A stretch of DNA of 63,188 bases, counting the filler, from Octopus bimaculoides (Eukaryota), in assembly GCF_001194135.2 (NCBI RefSeq). It is 5 parts of 5 records of this genome, joined end to end, with 100 filler letters (N's around TTAATTAATTAA, not from the genome) between each part and the next. Parts side by side here need not be neighbours in the genome. Positions count along the whole stretch, not along the records: positions 1 to 20,922 come from NC_069007.1; positions 21,023 to 45,703 come from NC_069004.1; 3 more parts are not named here. One strand, given 5' to 3'. The first letter of the stretch is position 1, and every line of letters starts with the position of its first letter. The translations under genes and the position numbers were made by a program. Of this stretch, positions 12,060 to 24,685 are shown one piece after another. Under the pieces are notes generated by a model. The model had not been told where the DNA came from and did not search any database. It saw only the letters and a list, made by a program, of their open reading frames with translations.

Positions 12060-12960
12060 CACACGCAGACACAGAGACAGGCAGACAGACACACAAAGAC
12101 AGACACACAGAGACAGGCAGACACAGAGACAGGCAGACACAGAGACAGGCAGACACAGAGACAGGCAGACACAGAGACAGGCAGACACANNNNNNNNNNN
12201 NNNNNNNNNNNNNNNNNNNNNNNNNNNNNNNNNNNNNNNNNNNNNNNNNNNNNNNNNNNNNNNNNNNNNNNNNNNNNNNNNNNNNNNNNNNNNNNNNNNN
12301 NNNNNNNNNNNNNNNNNNNNNNNNNNNNNNNNNNNNNNNNNNNNNNNNNNNNNNNNNNNNNNNNNNNNNNNNNNNNNNNNNNNNNNNNNNNNNNNNNNNN
12401 NNNNNNNNNNNNNNNNNNNNNNNNNNNNNNNNNNNNNNNNNNNNNNNNNNNNNNNNNNNNNNNNNNNNNNNNNNNNNNNNNNNNNNNNNNNNNNNNNNNN
12501 NNNNNNNNNNNNNNNNNNNNNNNNNNNNNNNNNNNNNNNNNNNNNNNNNNNNNNNNNNNNNNNNNNNNNNNNNNNNNNNNNNNNNNNNNNNNNNNNNNNN
12601 NNNNNNNNNNNNNNNNNNNNNNNNNNNNNNNNNNNNNNNGCAGACACAGAGATAGGCAGACACAGAGATAGGCAGACACAGAGATAGGCAGACACAGAGA
12701 TAGGCAGACACAGAGATAGGCAGACACAGAGATAGGCAGACAGACAGACGTAGACACAGAGACAGGCAGACAGACACACGCAGACACAGAGACACACAGA
12801 CACACGCAGACACAGAGACAGGCAGACACAGACAGAGAGACACACGCAGACACAAAGACAGACAGACAAACACATGCAGACACAGAGACAGACAGACAGA
12901 CAAACACATGCAGACACACACAGACACACAGGCAGACCCACACACACATGCAGACAGACA
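12060..12960. repeat. 16-bp minisatellite (CAGACACAGAGAYAGG)n decaying into CA/GA repeats; gap 12190-12639
   Basis: Direct reading; gaCagg variant left of gap, gaTagg right. Confidence 0.95.
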
Positions 12961-13351
12961 CATATATGCTTGCTCTAGATTACCTCACTGACAATAAATT
13001 TTACAGAAAGATTCTAACCTGTGGGGGAAATCAGACAAAGGTAACAAAACCAAATTTGTGAGAGAGAGGGAGGAAGAGGGATAAAACGAGTGTGCACGTG
13101 TGTGTGTATCCACAGCCAGGTGTATTTATGTGTATTTATGTACAGTAAAAAGTAAATAAAAAAAAGGACTGCTCGTTATGTATGTGTCCAGTAAATTGGC
13201 ACTTCTACAAATAAAGACCAATAAAATAAGGAGTGGCTGTGTGGTTCAGTCCCACTGCGTGGCACCTTGGGCAAGTGTCTTCTACTATAGCCTCGGACCG
13301 ACCAAAGCCTTGCGAGTGGATTTGGTAGATGGAAACTGAAAGAAGCCTGTC

Positions 13352-13387
<36 letters not shown>

Positions 13388-13834
13388 NNNNNNNNNNNNN
13401 NNNNNNNNNNNNNNNNNNNNNNNNNNNNNNNNNNNNNNNNNNNNNNNNNNNNNNNNNNNNNNNNNNNNNNNNNNNNNNNNNNNNNNNNNNNNNNNNNNNN
13501 NNNNNNNNNNNNNNNNNNNNNNNNNNNNNNNNNNNNNNNNNNNNNNNNNNNNNNNNNNNNNNNNNNNNNNNNNNNNNNNNNNNNNNNNNNNNNNNNNNNN
13601 NNNNNNNNNNNNNNNNNNNNNNNNNNNNNNNNNNNNNNNNNNNNNNNNNNNNNNNNNNNNNNNNNNNNNNNNNNNNNNNNNNNNNNNNNNNNNNNNNNNN
13701 NNNNNNNNNNNNNNNNNNNNNNNNNNNNNNNNNNNNNNNNNNNNNNNNNNNNNNNNNNNNNNNNNNNNNNNNNNNNNNNNNNNNNNNNNNNNNNNNNNNN
13801 NNNNNNNNNNNNNNNNNNNNNNNNNNNNNNNNNN

Positions 13835-14080
13835 ACCCTGGGAGGATCATGGTGAGGGTCGAGTTCTCAAGTACCTCCTCCATAGGTTCCTATCAGAAGC
13901 AAAAATCATGACATTCTCTGGTTGGATTCTCGAGTGTGACCAACTGAGACAATGGATGTTATCCAACCATCACATTATTACTCTACCCCAAGCTCTCCTG
14001 CCAGTTGGCTTGGCTTGAAGAATCTGTCTTGGGGAAACTTTCCTGCTGCTTCATAACCAAAAGTCTGTGGGTACTGCAGC
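13835..14080 (-). mobile_element. RTE-type LINE 3' fragment in RanBP2 intron
   Basis: PRQILQAKPTGRRAWGR...WLDNI...QPENV..ASDRNLWR. Confidence 0.65.
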
Positions 14081-14759
14081 TGCTGCCTCTCGATCATCAT
14101 CACCATCATCATCATTTAGCATCCATTTTCCATGCAGGCATGTCTTAGATGGTTTAACTGGCACAGGTAAACCAGAGAGCTTGGTTTCTACAGCTGGATA
14201 CTCTTCCTAACACCAACCACTCCAAGAGTGCACTGGATGCCTTTTACATATCACTGGCCACAAAAAATGCCAAAAGGTCTCGACCACTTGTCATTGCCTA
14301 CATCAGACTCAACGTCTGAAGACCATGCTTCAATGCAGAGAAATATCCAAGTCAAAGTCCATTTTGTCTTTCATCCTTCCAAGGTCAGTCAGTCCAAATA
14401 AGTACGGAAGTTCACGTAGCTAACCACATCTCCGTAGAAGGTGCAGTACTCCAGCATGGCCTCAGTCCAATGACAGACAACAATAAAAGAATACACACAC
14501 ATGTAGATACAGTTACACACAAATAACTCTACACCAATTAACAAGCAGGTAGGTCAACACAAATACATCTAAGACTGTACAACCAAGCCAGGATTGAAAC
14601 CGTGGTCTTTTGATTAGCTGCTATGCTACCCAGGTAGCTAACACAGCACCCTACCCCACATCCACTCTTTGCCTTTTTTCCCCCCCTTAACATATGACTA
14701 TTTTACAAAAGAACATTTTCATATGCTTAAAGTTACATAAATATATATTCCTTTCTATT

Positions 14760-15095
14760 GTGTGTTGGCACTCCGTTGCTTACGACGTCGAGGGTTCCAG
14801 TTGATCCGATTAACGGAACAGCCTGCTCGCGAAATTAACGTGCAAGTAGCTGAGCACTCCACAGACATGTGTACCCTTAACGTAGTTCTCGGGGAGATTC
14901 AGCGTGACACAGAGTGTGACAAGGCTGACCCTTTGAATTACAGGCACAACAGAAACAGGAAGTAAGAGAAAGTTGTGGTAAAAGAGTACAGAAGGGTTCG
15001 CCACCATCCCCTACCGGAACCTCGTGGAGCTTTAGGTGTTTTCGCTCAATAAACACTCACAACGCCCAGTCTGGGAATTGAAACCGCGATCCTTT
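14760..15095 (-). mobile_element. Same SINE family as 4270-4664, head in gap
   Basis: Reverse-complement identity to the 4320-4655 segment. Confidence 0.85.
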
Positions 15096-16155
15096 NNNNN
15101 NNNNNNNNNNNNNNNNNNNNNNNNNNNNNNNNNNNNNNNNNNNNNNNNNNNNNNNNNNNNNNNNNNNNNNNNNNNNNNNNNNNNNNNNNNNNNNNNNNNN
15201 NNNNNNNNNNNNNNNNNNNNNNNNNNNNNNNNNNNNNNNNNNNNNNNNNNNNNNNNNNNNNNNNNNNNNNNNNNNNNNNNNNNNNNNNNNNNNNNNNNNN
15301 NNNNNNNNNNNNNNNNNNNNNNNNNNNNNNNNNNNNNNNNNNNNNNNNNNNNNNNNNNNNNNNNNNNNNNNNNNNNNNNNNNNNNNNNNNNNNNNNNNNN
15401 NNNNNNNNNNNNNNNNNNNNNNNNNNNNNNNNNNNNNNNNNNNNNNNNNNNNNNNNNNNNNNNNNNNNNNNNNNNNNNNNNNNNNNNNNNNNNNNNNNNN
15501 NNNNNNNNNNNNNNNNNNNNNNNNNNNNNNNNNNNNNNNNNNNNNNNNNNNNNNNNNNNNNNNNNNNNNNNNNNNNNNNNNNNNNNNNNNNNNNNNNNNN
15601 NNNNNNNNNNNNNNNNNNNNNNNNNNNNNNNNNNNNNNNNNNNNNNNNNNNNNNNNNNNNNNNNNNNNNNNNNNNNNNNNNNNNNNNNNNNNNNNNNNNN
15701 NNNNNNNNNNNNNNNNNNNNNNNNNNNNNNNNNNNNNNNNNNNNNNNNNNNNNNNNNNNNCATCTTATTTGTGTCTCACAATACACATTTCAACACTTCT
15801 AAAACAAACAGTTTGTTTAATATAACATATACATGTATGTATATTGATTTCAAATTTTTGGCACAAAGCCAGCAATTTCAGTGGAGGGGGGGGGGTGTAA
15901 GTCAGTTATATCGATATCAACACAGAAAGGATGAAAGGTAAAGTCAACCTCAGTGGAATTTGAACTCAGAAGGATGAACTATGGTTAAGTATTTTGCCAG
16001 ACGTGCTAACAATTCTGGCTTAAAGTTACGCAATATATATATTGATTTCAACTGGCACAATGCCAGCAATTTCGGTAGAGGTGGAGGAAATAAGTCAGTT
16101 ACATTGACTCCAGTACTTATTTTACGTAATATATATTAACAACAAACACACCAAC

Positions 16156-16215
16156 CTTCAAATGAAATACCACTTCACTGCCTTGGACAACACTTTCAGC
16201 TTTTTCAATCCAATA
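16156..16215 (-). CDS. RANBP2: RanBP2/Nup358 exon: YWIEKAESVVQGSEVVFHLK
   Basis: ttttcaaag|TAT acceptor, AAG|gttggt donor; 60 bp, phase 0 to 0; matches YWLERAAKLFPGSPAIYKLK. Confidence 0.92.
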
Positions 16216-18334
16216 CTTTGAAAATAAAAGAAATAAAGTTTATATTTATATGTAGAAGGTTACGCTCCATAACTAAAGCAAACAAAAAATTACAAATTTA
16301 CATTACATGTGTGACTGAGTAGGTGTTCACATATAATATAAACTTTGTGTGTGTGTGTGTGTATATATACACACACAGTAATCCCTCAACTATCGCAGGT
16401 GTTACGTTCTAGAATCCCACAAGATAGGTGAAAATCCGCAAAGTAGAAACAGTACTGTATATTTTCTCTATTATTTTTATAATTTGTATATATTTATTTT
16501 ACTATAAATGCAAAACAACACCACAGAGGAATCGATGTAAGCTTAAATAAGCCACGATATGGCATGGGATTACTGTGTATATATATATTCACACACATAA
16601 ATATATATATATATATGTATATGTGTGTGTATATGTAAATGCATGTGTGTACGATAGATATAGGTGTGTGTATATATGAATATAGGTATGTGTGTGTGTG
16701 TATAGATAGATATAGGTGTGTGTATATATAAATGGATAGGCATACGTGTGTGTGTATATGGATATAGGTGTGTGTATTGTATCTGTCCCCATCACCATTT
16801 GACAACCAATGTTGGTTTGTTTCCATCCCTATAATTTAGCAGTCTGGCAAAAGAGATCAATAGAATAAGTACCAAACATAACAATAAAAGAAAAACAAAT
16901 ACTGGGGGGGGGGTCAATATTCAATTTGCTTGGCTAAACCCTTCGAGGTGTTGCCACAGCATGGCTGTAGTCCAATGATTACAACCAGCAACCGGTAAAA
17001 AATAACATACTTTTTTCCAGGAAATAAGTTTTTTTTTTTTTTTGTTTCAACGAATTCTCTCTCTAAAAAATTTGTTTCATTTAACCCCTTTAAGGATAAA
17101 CATTAGTTTAATCAAACGTAATGTTCGTTTATTCACGTTTTTTAATTAATCATGCATTATGGTGTAGCNNNNNNNNNNNNNNNNNNNNNNNNNNNNNNNN
17201 NNNNNNNNNNNNNNNNNNNNNNNNNNNNNNNNNNNNNNNNNNNNNNNNNNNNNNNNNNNNNNNNNNNNNNNNNNNNNNNNNNNNNNNNNNNNNNNNNNNN
17301 NNNNNNNNNNNNNNNNNNNNNNNNNNNNNNNNNNNNNNNNNNNNNNNNNNNNNNNNNNNNNNNNNNNNNNNNNNNNNNNNNNNNNNNNNNNNNNNNNNNN
17401 NNNNNNNNNNNNNNNNNNNNNNNNNNNNNNNNNNNNNNNNNNNNNNNNNNNNNNNNNNNNNNNNNNNNNNNNNNNNNNNNNNNNNNNNNNNNNNNNNNNN
17501 NNNNNNNNNNNNNNNNNNNNNNNNNNNNNNNNNNNNNNNNNNNNNNNNNNNNNNNNNNNNNNNNNNNNNNNNNNNNNNNNNNNNNNNNNNNNNNNNNNNN
17601 NNNNNNNNNNNNNNNNNNNNNNNNNNNNNNNNNNNNNNNNNNNNNNNNNNNNNNNNNNNNNNNNNNNNNNNNNNNNNNNNNNNNNNNNNNNNNNCAATCT
17701 GATTTGGCAGAGTTTCTACAGCTGGATGCCCTTCCTAACGCCAACCACTCTGAGAGTGTAGTGGATGCTTTTACGTGCCACCCGCACGAAGGCCAGTCAG
17801 GCGGTACTGGCAACGGCCACGCTCAAAATGGTGTATTTTATGTGCCACCCGCACAAGAGCCAGTCCAGGGGCACTGGCAACGATCTCGCTCGAAAATCCT
17901 TACAGATGTCACGGGCACAAGTGCCAGAAAGGCGACGCTGGGCACAGGTGCCATCACGACTTCGCTTTCCCCAATAAGTCTTCGCAAGCTGAGTTTCGTG
18001 TCCAATGAAGGATATACATATATATATATGTGTGTGTGTTTGTGTTTACTTTTGGTATGATATTGTAGCATTGATGTAAGAGTGTATTTAGCCAGTTTGA
18101 ATATAAAACACAGAATATTTTGGCTGTATATGGTCAGTTGAAATGCTAAAGAGTTATGGTCTTGTTAAAATTAGGGTGGTGGGGGATGTCGTCTACAAAA
18201 TTATGGGCTCTGTGAGTTTTTTTGGGGGAGAGAATCATATATAATGGGATCCATGACAAAAGTATGGGAACCATTGGGTTTAATCTATTGGAAGATAATT
18301 CCTTTCCCCTCTCCTGCCCTCAGAATGTACTTAC

Positions 18335-18381
18335 CTTGACTGTATCCTTATCAACCTTAATCCGCAGCAGAAGTTCACAGA
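18335..18381 (-). CDS. RANBP2: RanBP2/Nup358 exon: VCELLLRIKVDKDTVK
   Basis: ttttccag|TC acceptor, AAG|gtaagt donor; 47 bp, phase 1 to 0; matches IAELLCKNDVTDGRAK. Confidence 0.9.
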
Positions 18382-18763
18382 CTGGAAAAGAAAAAAAAGA
18401 AAAATACAGTTAATTCCATTCAGCTATCGAACAACACAGACCTTATTGAACCTGTCACACACAAACAGACTTCACTCTCTCTCCACACACAATACAGACA
18501 TACAGGAAGGAAGGAAGACAAACCTGTAAATATAGGCATAAAGGGGAGAAGAACAAAACAGAAAAGAGCTGGAGGGAGAGAGAATTGCACAGAACAAGAT
18601 TAACAAACAGCAGTTTTACAGATACTCAGCTTTGCTCCATTATAAGTTCGCTGGTGCAGTATGAGCACACCAGCCTCCTATAGGTACACAAATGTACACT
18701 AACACATACTAATACCAATCCAAGATACACCCACATATACGAGAGAAATATAGATGTACACAC

Positions 18764-18807
18764 CTTTAAGTACAACATCCTTCTGGTTTTCATTTAACTG
18801 CAAACAC
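18764..18807 (-). CDS. RANBP2: RanBP2/Nup358 exon (most 5' found; TPR region): (R)CLQLNENQKDVVLK
   Basis: atattccag|G acceptor, G|gtgtgt donor; 44 bp, phase 2 to 1; matches RSVELNPTQKDLVLK. Confidence 0.9.
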
Positions 18808-19038
18808 CTGGAATATAATAATAACAATAATAATGAAAACAATCCTTTGTACTGTAGGCACAAAGCCTAAAATCTTGGGGGAGAGGGCCCATTACAGAAC
18901 TGGTATTTAATTTATTGACCCAAAAGGATGAAAGGCAAAATAAACCTCAGTAGAATTTGAACTCAGAACATAGTGATGGGTGAAATACTGCTAAATATTT
19001 TGTCCAGTGTGCTAACGATTCTGCCAGCTTGACACCCT

Positions 19039-19813
19039 AATAATAATAATGATAATAATAATAACAACAATAATAATAATAATAATAATAACAATAATAA
19101 TAACAATAATAATAACAATAACAATAACAATAACAATAACAATAACAACNNNNNNNNNNNNNNNNNNNNNNNNNNNNNNNNNNNNNNNNNNNNNNNNNNN
19201 NNNNNNNNNNNNNNNNNNNNNNNNNNNNNNNNNNNNNNNNNNNNNNNNNNNNNNNNNNNNNNNNNNNNNNNNNNNNNNNNNNNNNNNNNNNNNNNNNNNN
19301 NNNNNNNNNNNNNNNNNNNNNNNNNNNNNNNNNNNNNNNNNNNNNNNNNNNNNNNNNNNNNNNNNNNNNNNNNNNNNNNNNNNNNNNNNNNNNNNNNNNN
19401 NNNNNNNNNNNNNNNNNNNNNNNNNNNNNNNNNNNNNNNNNNNNNNNNNNNNNNNNNNNNNNNNNNNNNNNNNNNNNNNNNNNNNNNNNNNNNNNNNNNN
19501 NNNNNNNNNNNNNNNNNNNNNNNNNNNNNNNNNNNNNNNNNNNNNNNNNNNNNNNNNNNNNNNNNNNNNNNNNNNNNNNNNNNNNNNNNNNNNNNNNNNN
19601 NNNNNNNNNNNNNNNNNNNNNNNNNNNNNNNNNNNNNNNNNNNNNNNNNNNNNNNNNNNNNNNNNNNNNNNNNNNNNNNNNNNNNNNNNNNNNNNNNNNN
19701 NNNNNNNNNNNNNNNNNNNNNNNNNNNNNNNNNNNNNNNNNNNNNNNNTAACGATTCTGCCAGCTTGACACCCTAATAATAATAATGATAATAATAATAA
19801 TAATAATAATAAC

Positions 19814-19882
<69 letters not shown>

Positions 19883-20003
19883 TAATAATAATAATAATAA
19901 TAATAGTAATAATGATGATAATAATAATAATAATGATAATAATAATAATAATAATAATGATAATAATAATAATAATAATGATAATAATAATAACAACAAT
20001 AAT
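19039..20003. repeat. (AAT/AAC)n trinucleotide array spanning a gap
   Basis: Direct reading. Confidence 0.95.
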
Positions 20004-20170
20004 AATCCTTTCTACTATAAGCACAAGACCTGAAATTTGGGGGAGGGGACTAGTTAATTTCATTGACCCATGTTTCACTGGTGCTTAATTTATCAACACC
20101 AAAAGAATGGATGAACAGCAAGGTTGACCATGGCAGAATTTGAATTCAGAACATGATGACAGATGAAATA

Positions 20171-20446
20171 TGCCATATGCCCACGGGCATATGGCGTAGT
20201 GGTTAAGAGTGCAGGCTATGAACCCCAAGATTCCAAGTTCGATTCGAGGCAGTGACCTGAATAATAATAATAAAAACACCAAAAAGTACTTTAGGAATGA
20301 GAACCCAGGTTCGAAATTTCCCCAAGACACCTGATGAAGGCTGGAGGGTATATCAGCTGAAACATTTGTTAACAACAAACAAGATGAGGACAAATATCCG
20401 TCAATTGTAAATAATGTACATAATTCCTCATCTCTTAAATATAGAG
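20171..20446 (+). mobile_element. tRNA-headed SINE with hammerhead-like tail, full length, 11-bp TSD
   Basis: A box TGGCGTAGTGG, B box GTTCGATTC, (AAT)n linker, ACAC-CTGATGA-aGGCTG..CAGCt-GAAAC tail; TSD cagatgaaata at 20160-20170 and 20447-20457. Confidence 0.8.
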
Positions 20447-20922
20447 CAGATGAAATACTGCCAAGCATTTTGCCTGGCATGCCAATGATTCTACCAGCTC
20501 ACAATAATAATAATCCTTTCTACTATGGGCACAAGACCTGAAATTTGGTGTGAGGGGTTAGTCAATTACATTGACCCCAGTGCATAACTGGTATTCATTT
20601 CATCAACCCTGAAAGGATGAAAAGCAAAGTTGACCTTGATGGAATTTGAACTCAGAACATTGCTAAGCATTTTGCCCAGCGTGCTAACAATTCTGCCAGC
20701 TCACAAGTTTCAAATTTTGGCACAGGGCCAGCAAGTTCTGGAGAAGGGGTAAGTTGATTACATCAACCCCCAGTCCTCAAACTGGTACTTATTTTATTAA
20801 CCCCAAAAAGTATGAAAGCCAAAGCTGACCTCGGCAGAATAATAATGGTTTCAAATTTTTGGCACAAAGCCAGTAATTTTAGGGGTAGCTGTAATTACAT
20901 CAATTTTCTATGGCTTGATGCC

Positions 20923-21022
20923 NNNNNNNNNNNNNNNNNNNNNNNNNNNNNNNNNNNNNNNNNNNNTTAATTAATTAANNNNNNNNNNNNNNNNNNNNNN
21001 NNNNNNNNNNNNNNNNNNNNNN
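20923..21022. other. Artificial scaffold-join spacer (N44-TTAATTAATTAA-N44)
   Basis: Identical 100-bp construct also at 45704-45803, 51538-51637 and 57791-57890; linker has stops in all six frames. Confidence 0.95.
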
Positions 21023-21420
21023 TGTTTCAATACCAGCAGATGACAACGTTTCTCTAAAAGAAATGGAAAAACTTTCAAAATACAAAGACCTGGAAATAGA
21101 GATAACTCGAATGTGGAATCTAAAAACAGAAACAATTCCTATCATAGTAGGTGCCTTAGGTATAATAAAAAAATATTCAGACAAATACATAACAAAAACA
21201 CCAGGACTTACAAATATATATAACATACAGAAAATTGCACTACTGGGTACTGCACACATTCTACGCAAAACACTTTCAATACAGTAAACATAAGAGCACC
21301 ACAGCAAACCACAGCACATACCCAAGGCGCACAGAGCTGCGCGCTCGGTAGTGAAGTGAAAGCACGTTATAAAAATAAAACTACTGATTAATAATAATAA
21401 TAGTAATAATAATAATAATA
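21023..21420 (+). mobile_element. R4/Dong-like LINE 3' end (restriction-like endonuclease tail) with (TAA)n
   Basis: EKLSKYKDLEIEITRMWNLKTETIPIIVGALG...ALLGTAHILRKTL; open frame, starts at scaffold edge. Confidence 0.88.
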
Positions 21421-21429
21421 ATTGGGCAT

Positions 21430-21900
21430 AGCTTGAGCGACGTGATTTGAAAGCACAAGACCAGGATCTCGCTACATCTATAAAACTTCTGACTCCCAGA
21501 AATACAGACTCTGTGGAAAGAGTGTGGAAAATGTGACCCATTTGGTAAGTGAATGTGGGAGCCTTGCACAAAAAGAATACAAGCGCCACCACGATAAAGT
21601 GTGTGTGTGTATCTTCTTTGTCTCTTACGCCGTAAATACCAATATGAAGTAACAGAGAACTGGTATGAGAAAAGTACCAAGTAAAGTTATGCAGGAGGAT
21701 GGAAAAGTAATGATACTCTGGGACTATGATTTTCAGACAGACCGTGTAATGAAACACTGTCGGCCGGATATTGAATAAGAGAGACAAATACTGTCAGATC
21801 ATTGATGTTGCCATGCCAAACGACATGATTGTTGTGAGTAAAGAGGTTGAAAAAATCACCAAGTAACCTGAATTGAAAGTGCAAGACTTTATGGAATGCG
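21430..21900 (+). mobile_element. Decayed R4/Dong-like LINE fragment (zinc knuckle to REL)
   Basis: YRLCGKSVENVTHLVSECGSLAQKEYKRHHDKV...LWDYDFQTDRVMKHCRPDI. Confidence 0.8.
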
Positions 21901-21939
21901 AGAGGGTAATGTAAAAGTGATGCCAATGGAAATCCCATG

Positions 21940-23140
21940 CAAAATTTAAAGTAGAGTACTTGCGCAGACTGAGACTGATCCTTAAGTCGAAATTAAACGG
22001 ACGGAATAAGATTGAAGCTATCAACACCTGGGTGGTTTCACTCCTTAGATAAAGAGCAGGGGTAATTGCATGGACAGTAGACAGAAAGACAAGGAAGTTG
22101 CTGACTATATATGGGATACTACACCCAAAAAGTGACACAGACAGACTGTATGTACCAAGAAAAAGAGGAGGAAGAGGACTGATTGGTTACGAACACAGCA
22201 CTAGTGCAGAAGGAAACAACATAGCATGGTATGTAAAAAATGCCACAGAATCACTATTATTGGAAGTAAGAAGGTCAACTTGTGTAGGATGGAAGATTAC
22301 AAAGATAAAGCACTGTACAAGCATTTGAGAATGAATGAAACTGAAAATAGTTGGGTAAAGAAAAGAATGCATGGACAATTTCATAGGAATGGTGAAGATA
22401 AGATAGACAGAGAAAAAAGATGGCTGTGGATGACTAAAAGTGATTTAAAACCAGAAACAGAGGCTCTAATCTGTGCTGCCCAAGAGTAAGCACTAAGAAC
22501 CAATTACATCAAATACAGAATAGACAACACATCAGAAAGTGATAAGTGCAGAATTTGTAGAGAAAATTGTGAAACTGTATGGCATATTATCAATCAATGT
22601 ACGCCACTAGCCCAGAAAAAATATGAGACATCATGACAATATAACAAGAATTGTCAATTGGACACTTTGCAACAAGTATGGACTTGACAGACCAGAAAAG
22701 TGGCACGAACATAAACCCTAAGGCATCATTGAAAATCATAATGCAAAGATCCTATTGGCTTTTATGATTCAGTGCGACCATGAGATAAAGAATAGGAAGC
22801 TAGACATAGTGTTAATTGAGAAAGAAAGTAAACAATGCTGGATCATAGCTATATAGCTATATATCATAGCTATATATCATAGCTATATATCCAGCTGACA
22901 ACATGGTATGGGATTAGGAAGAAAAGTCAATAGGTATTATAGGTTAGCTTGGGAGGTTAAACAGTTGTGGTCGATGAAAAATGCGGTAGTAGTATCAATA
23001 ATTGTCGGAGCCCTGGGAACAGTGAGTAAAAATCTTGGAAGAAATAGGGGCTGCAATAAGGGTGGAGCACTTGCAGAAGACAGCACTGCTTGGAACCGCT
23101 AGAATACTCCGGATGGCACTCGAAAAATAAGGAGTGTTAC
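21940..23140 (+). mobile_element. Decayed R4/Dong-like LINE 3' 1.2 kb
   Basis: KSKLNGRNKIEAINTW...LHPKSDTDRLYVPRKRGGRGL...MHGQF...ETEALICAAQE...CRIC...VSIIVGALG, with stops and frameshifts. Confidence 0.88.
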
Positions 23141-23367
23141 CTTAGTTCACTGGTAGTGAACAACTGGCACCATAGTACATCTCCAGCGATAGAAGCTGTG
23201 CAAAGACAATAATTAAATATTAATATTCTTTTACTTGTTTCAGTTATTTGACTGCGGCCATGCTGGATCACCGTCTTTAGTCGAGCAAATCGACCCCAGG
23301 ACTTATTCTTTGTAAGCCTAGTACTTCTTCTATCGGTTGTCAAGCGATGTTGGGGGGACAAACACAG

Positions 23368-23400
<33 letters not shown>

Positions 23401-23799
23401 TAGAGACGACGGTCTTTTTTCAGTTTCCCTCTACCAAATCCACTCACAATGGTTTGGTCCGCCCGAGGCTATGGCAGAAGACACTTGACCAAGGTACCAC
23501 GCAGTGGGACTGAACCCATAACCATGTGGTTGGTAAGCAAGCTACTTACCACACAGCCGCCAGTAAGTTCGAAAAGGAATGGTTAACTTTTTACATAAAT
23601 TCCAGTACTTAATTAGTTTTTCATTTTATTGATACGGAAAGATAAACAGCAAAGTTGATTTCCGTGGATTTGAAACTCAGAAAGCAAAGACCAAGAGTAA
23701 TATCGTAAAACATTTTGTCCGGCGCTCTAACGATTATGCCAATCCAACCCTAGCTAAAAAAAATCTCCGAGAATGGATTATGCAAATAATAGAAGCACG

Positions 23800-24115
23800 A
23801 AATTCAGTGCTAATCCCTTAGATATTTTTGTCAAGCGCCATCGGGAAAAGGAAGGTATTCTAATTGAAATCTCACTCCAAACAGTTAATAATGGCCCTCT
23901 AAGACATGAAAACTTAATCCAAATATAAATATATGAGAATGAAGACAACCTGAATGCAGGCACTAAAAAAGCAGAAGTAGTCCCTATAATAACCGATAAT
24001 TTAGGAATTATAGAACGAAAAACAATGTAAACAAATGTATAATTACAACTCCAGGACTCACAAATATACGCTATATACGGAAAATGGTACACAAAGCACC
24101 GCTCCTTCGTTTATG
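23800..24115 (+). mobile_element. Very decayed R4/Dong-like 3' fragment
   Basis: PLDIFVKRHREKEGILIEI...EVVPIITDNLGII...ccaggactcacaaatata parallels the 21023 copy. Confidence 0.55.
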
Positions 24116-24120
24116 TAGAA

Positions 24121-24685
24121 CAGTTGTTCCCAACCTTTTTGTGATCGCGTATCACTTAGAGGTTTCGTACAGTCACCGTATACCACCTGGTTCCAGAAAA
24201 ACTCAATTCGATCAGAAATCAATTTAATCACAAGTCGAAATAACAAATGAACTAACAATAAAAACACAACTCAATTCCATGCGAAGACTGAATCTATTTC
24301 TTTTCTACCAGTTGGTCACTGCGGGGCATAACCTTGCTCACAGCGCGTCGGAAATCATGGCCGGGCGCAGCAAGACAGTTCCGGCTCTTCGACTTGATGG
24401 CCAGTAAGGCTAACAACCTCTGCTCACACTCCCAGCTTCGAGATGAACTTTGTGACAGTGCAGTTGGGCCCTTGAAACGACAGGCTTAAGTGGTTGAGGG
24501 CTCCAAAAATTTCCGACAGGTAAGCCAGCCTTGAGATAAACTCCTCGTCCTCCACATCTTTTTGAAAATCGTGTTCCTTCTCCGTGAAGAAAACAAGATG
24601 TTCATCCCTCAGTTCAAAGAGATGCCTCGTCGCATTACACCAGGAGAGCTAGCGAACCTCTGTGTGGTAGAGGAGACAGATGTGG
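24121..24685 (-). mobile_element. hAT (Buster/Charlie-type) transposon fragment
   Basis: LLYHTEVR*LS...LFELRDE...FISRLAYLSEIFGALNHLSLSFQG; terminal cagttgttcccaaccttttt at 24121. Confidence 0.85.
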
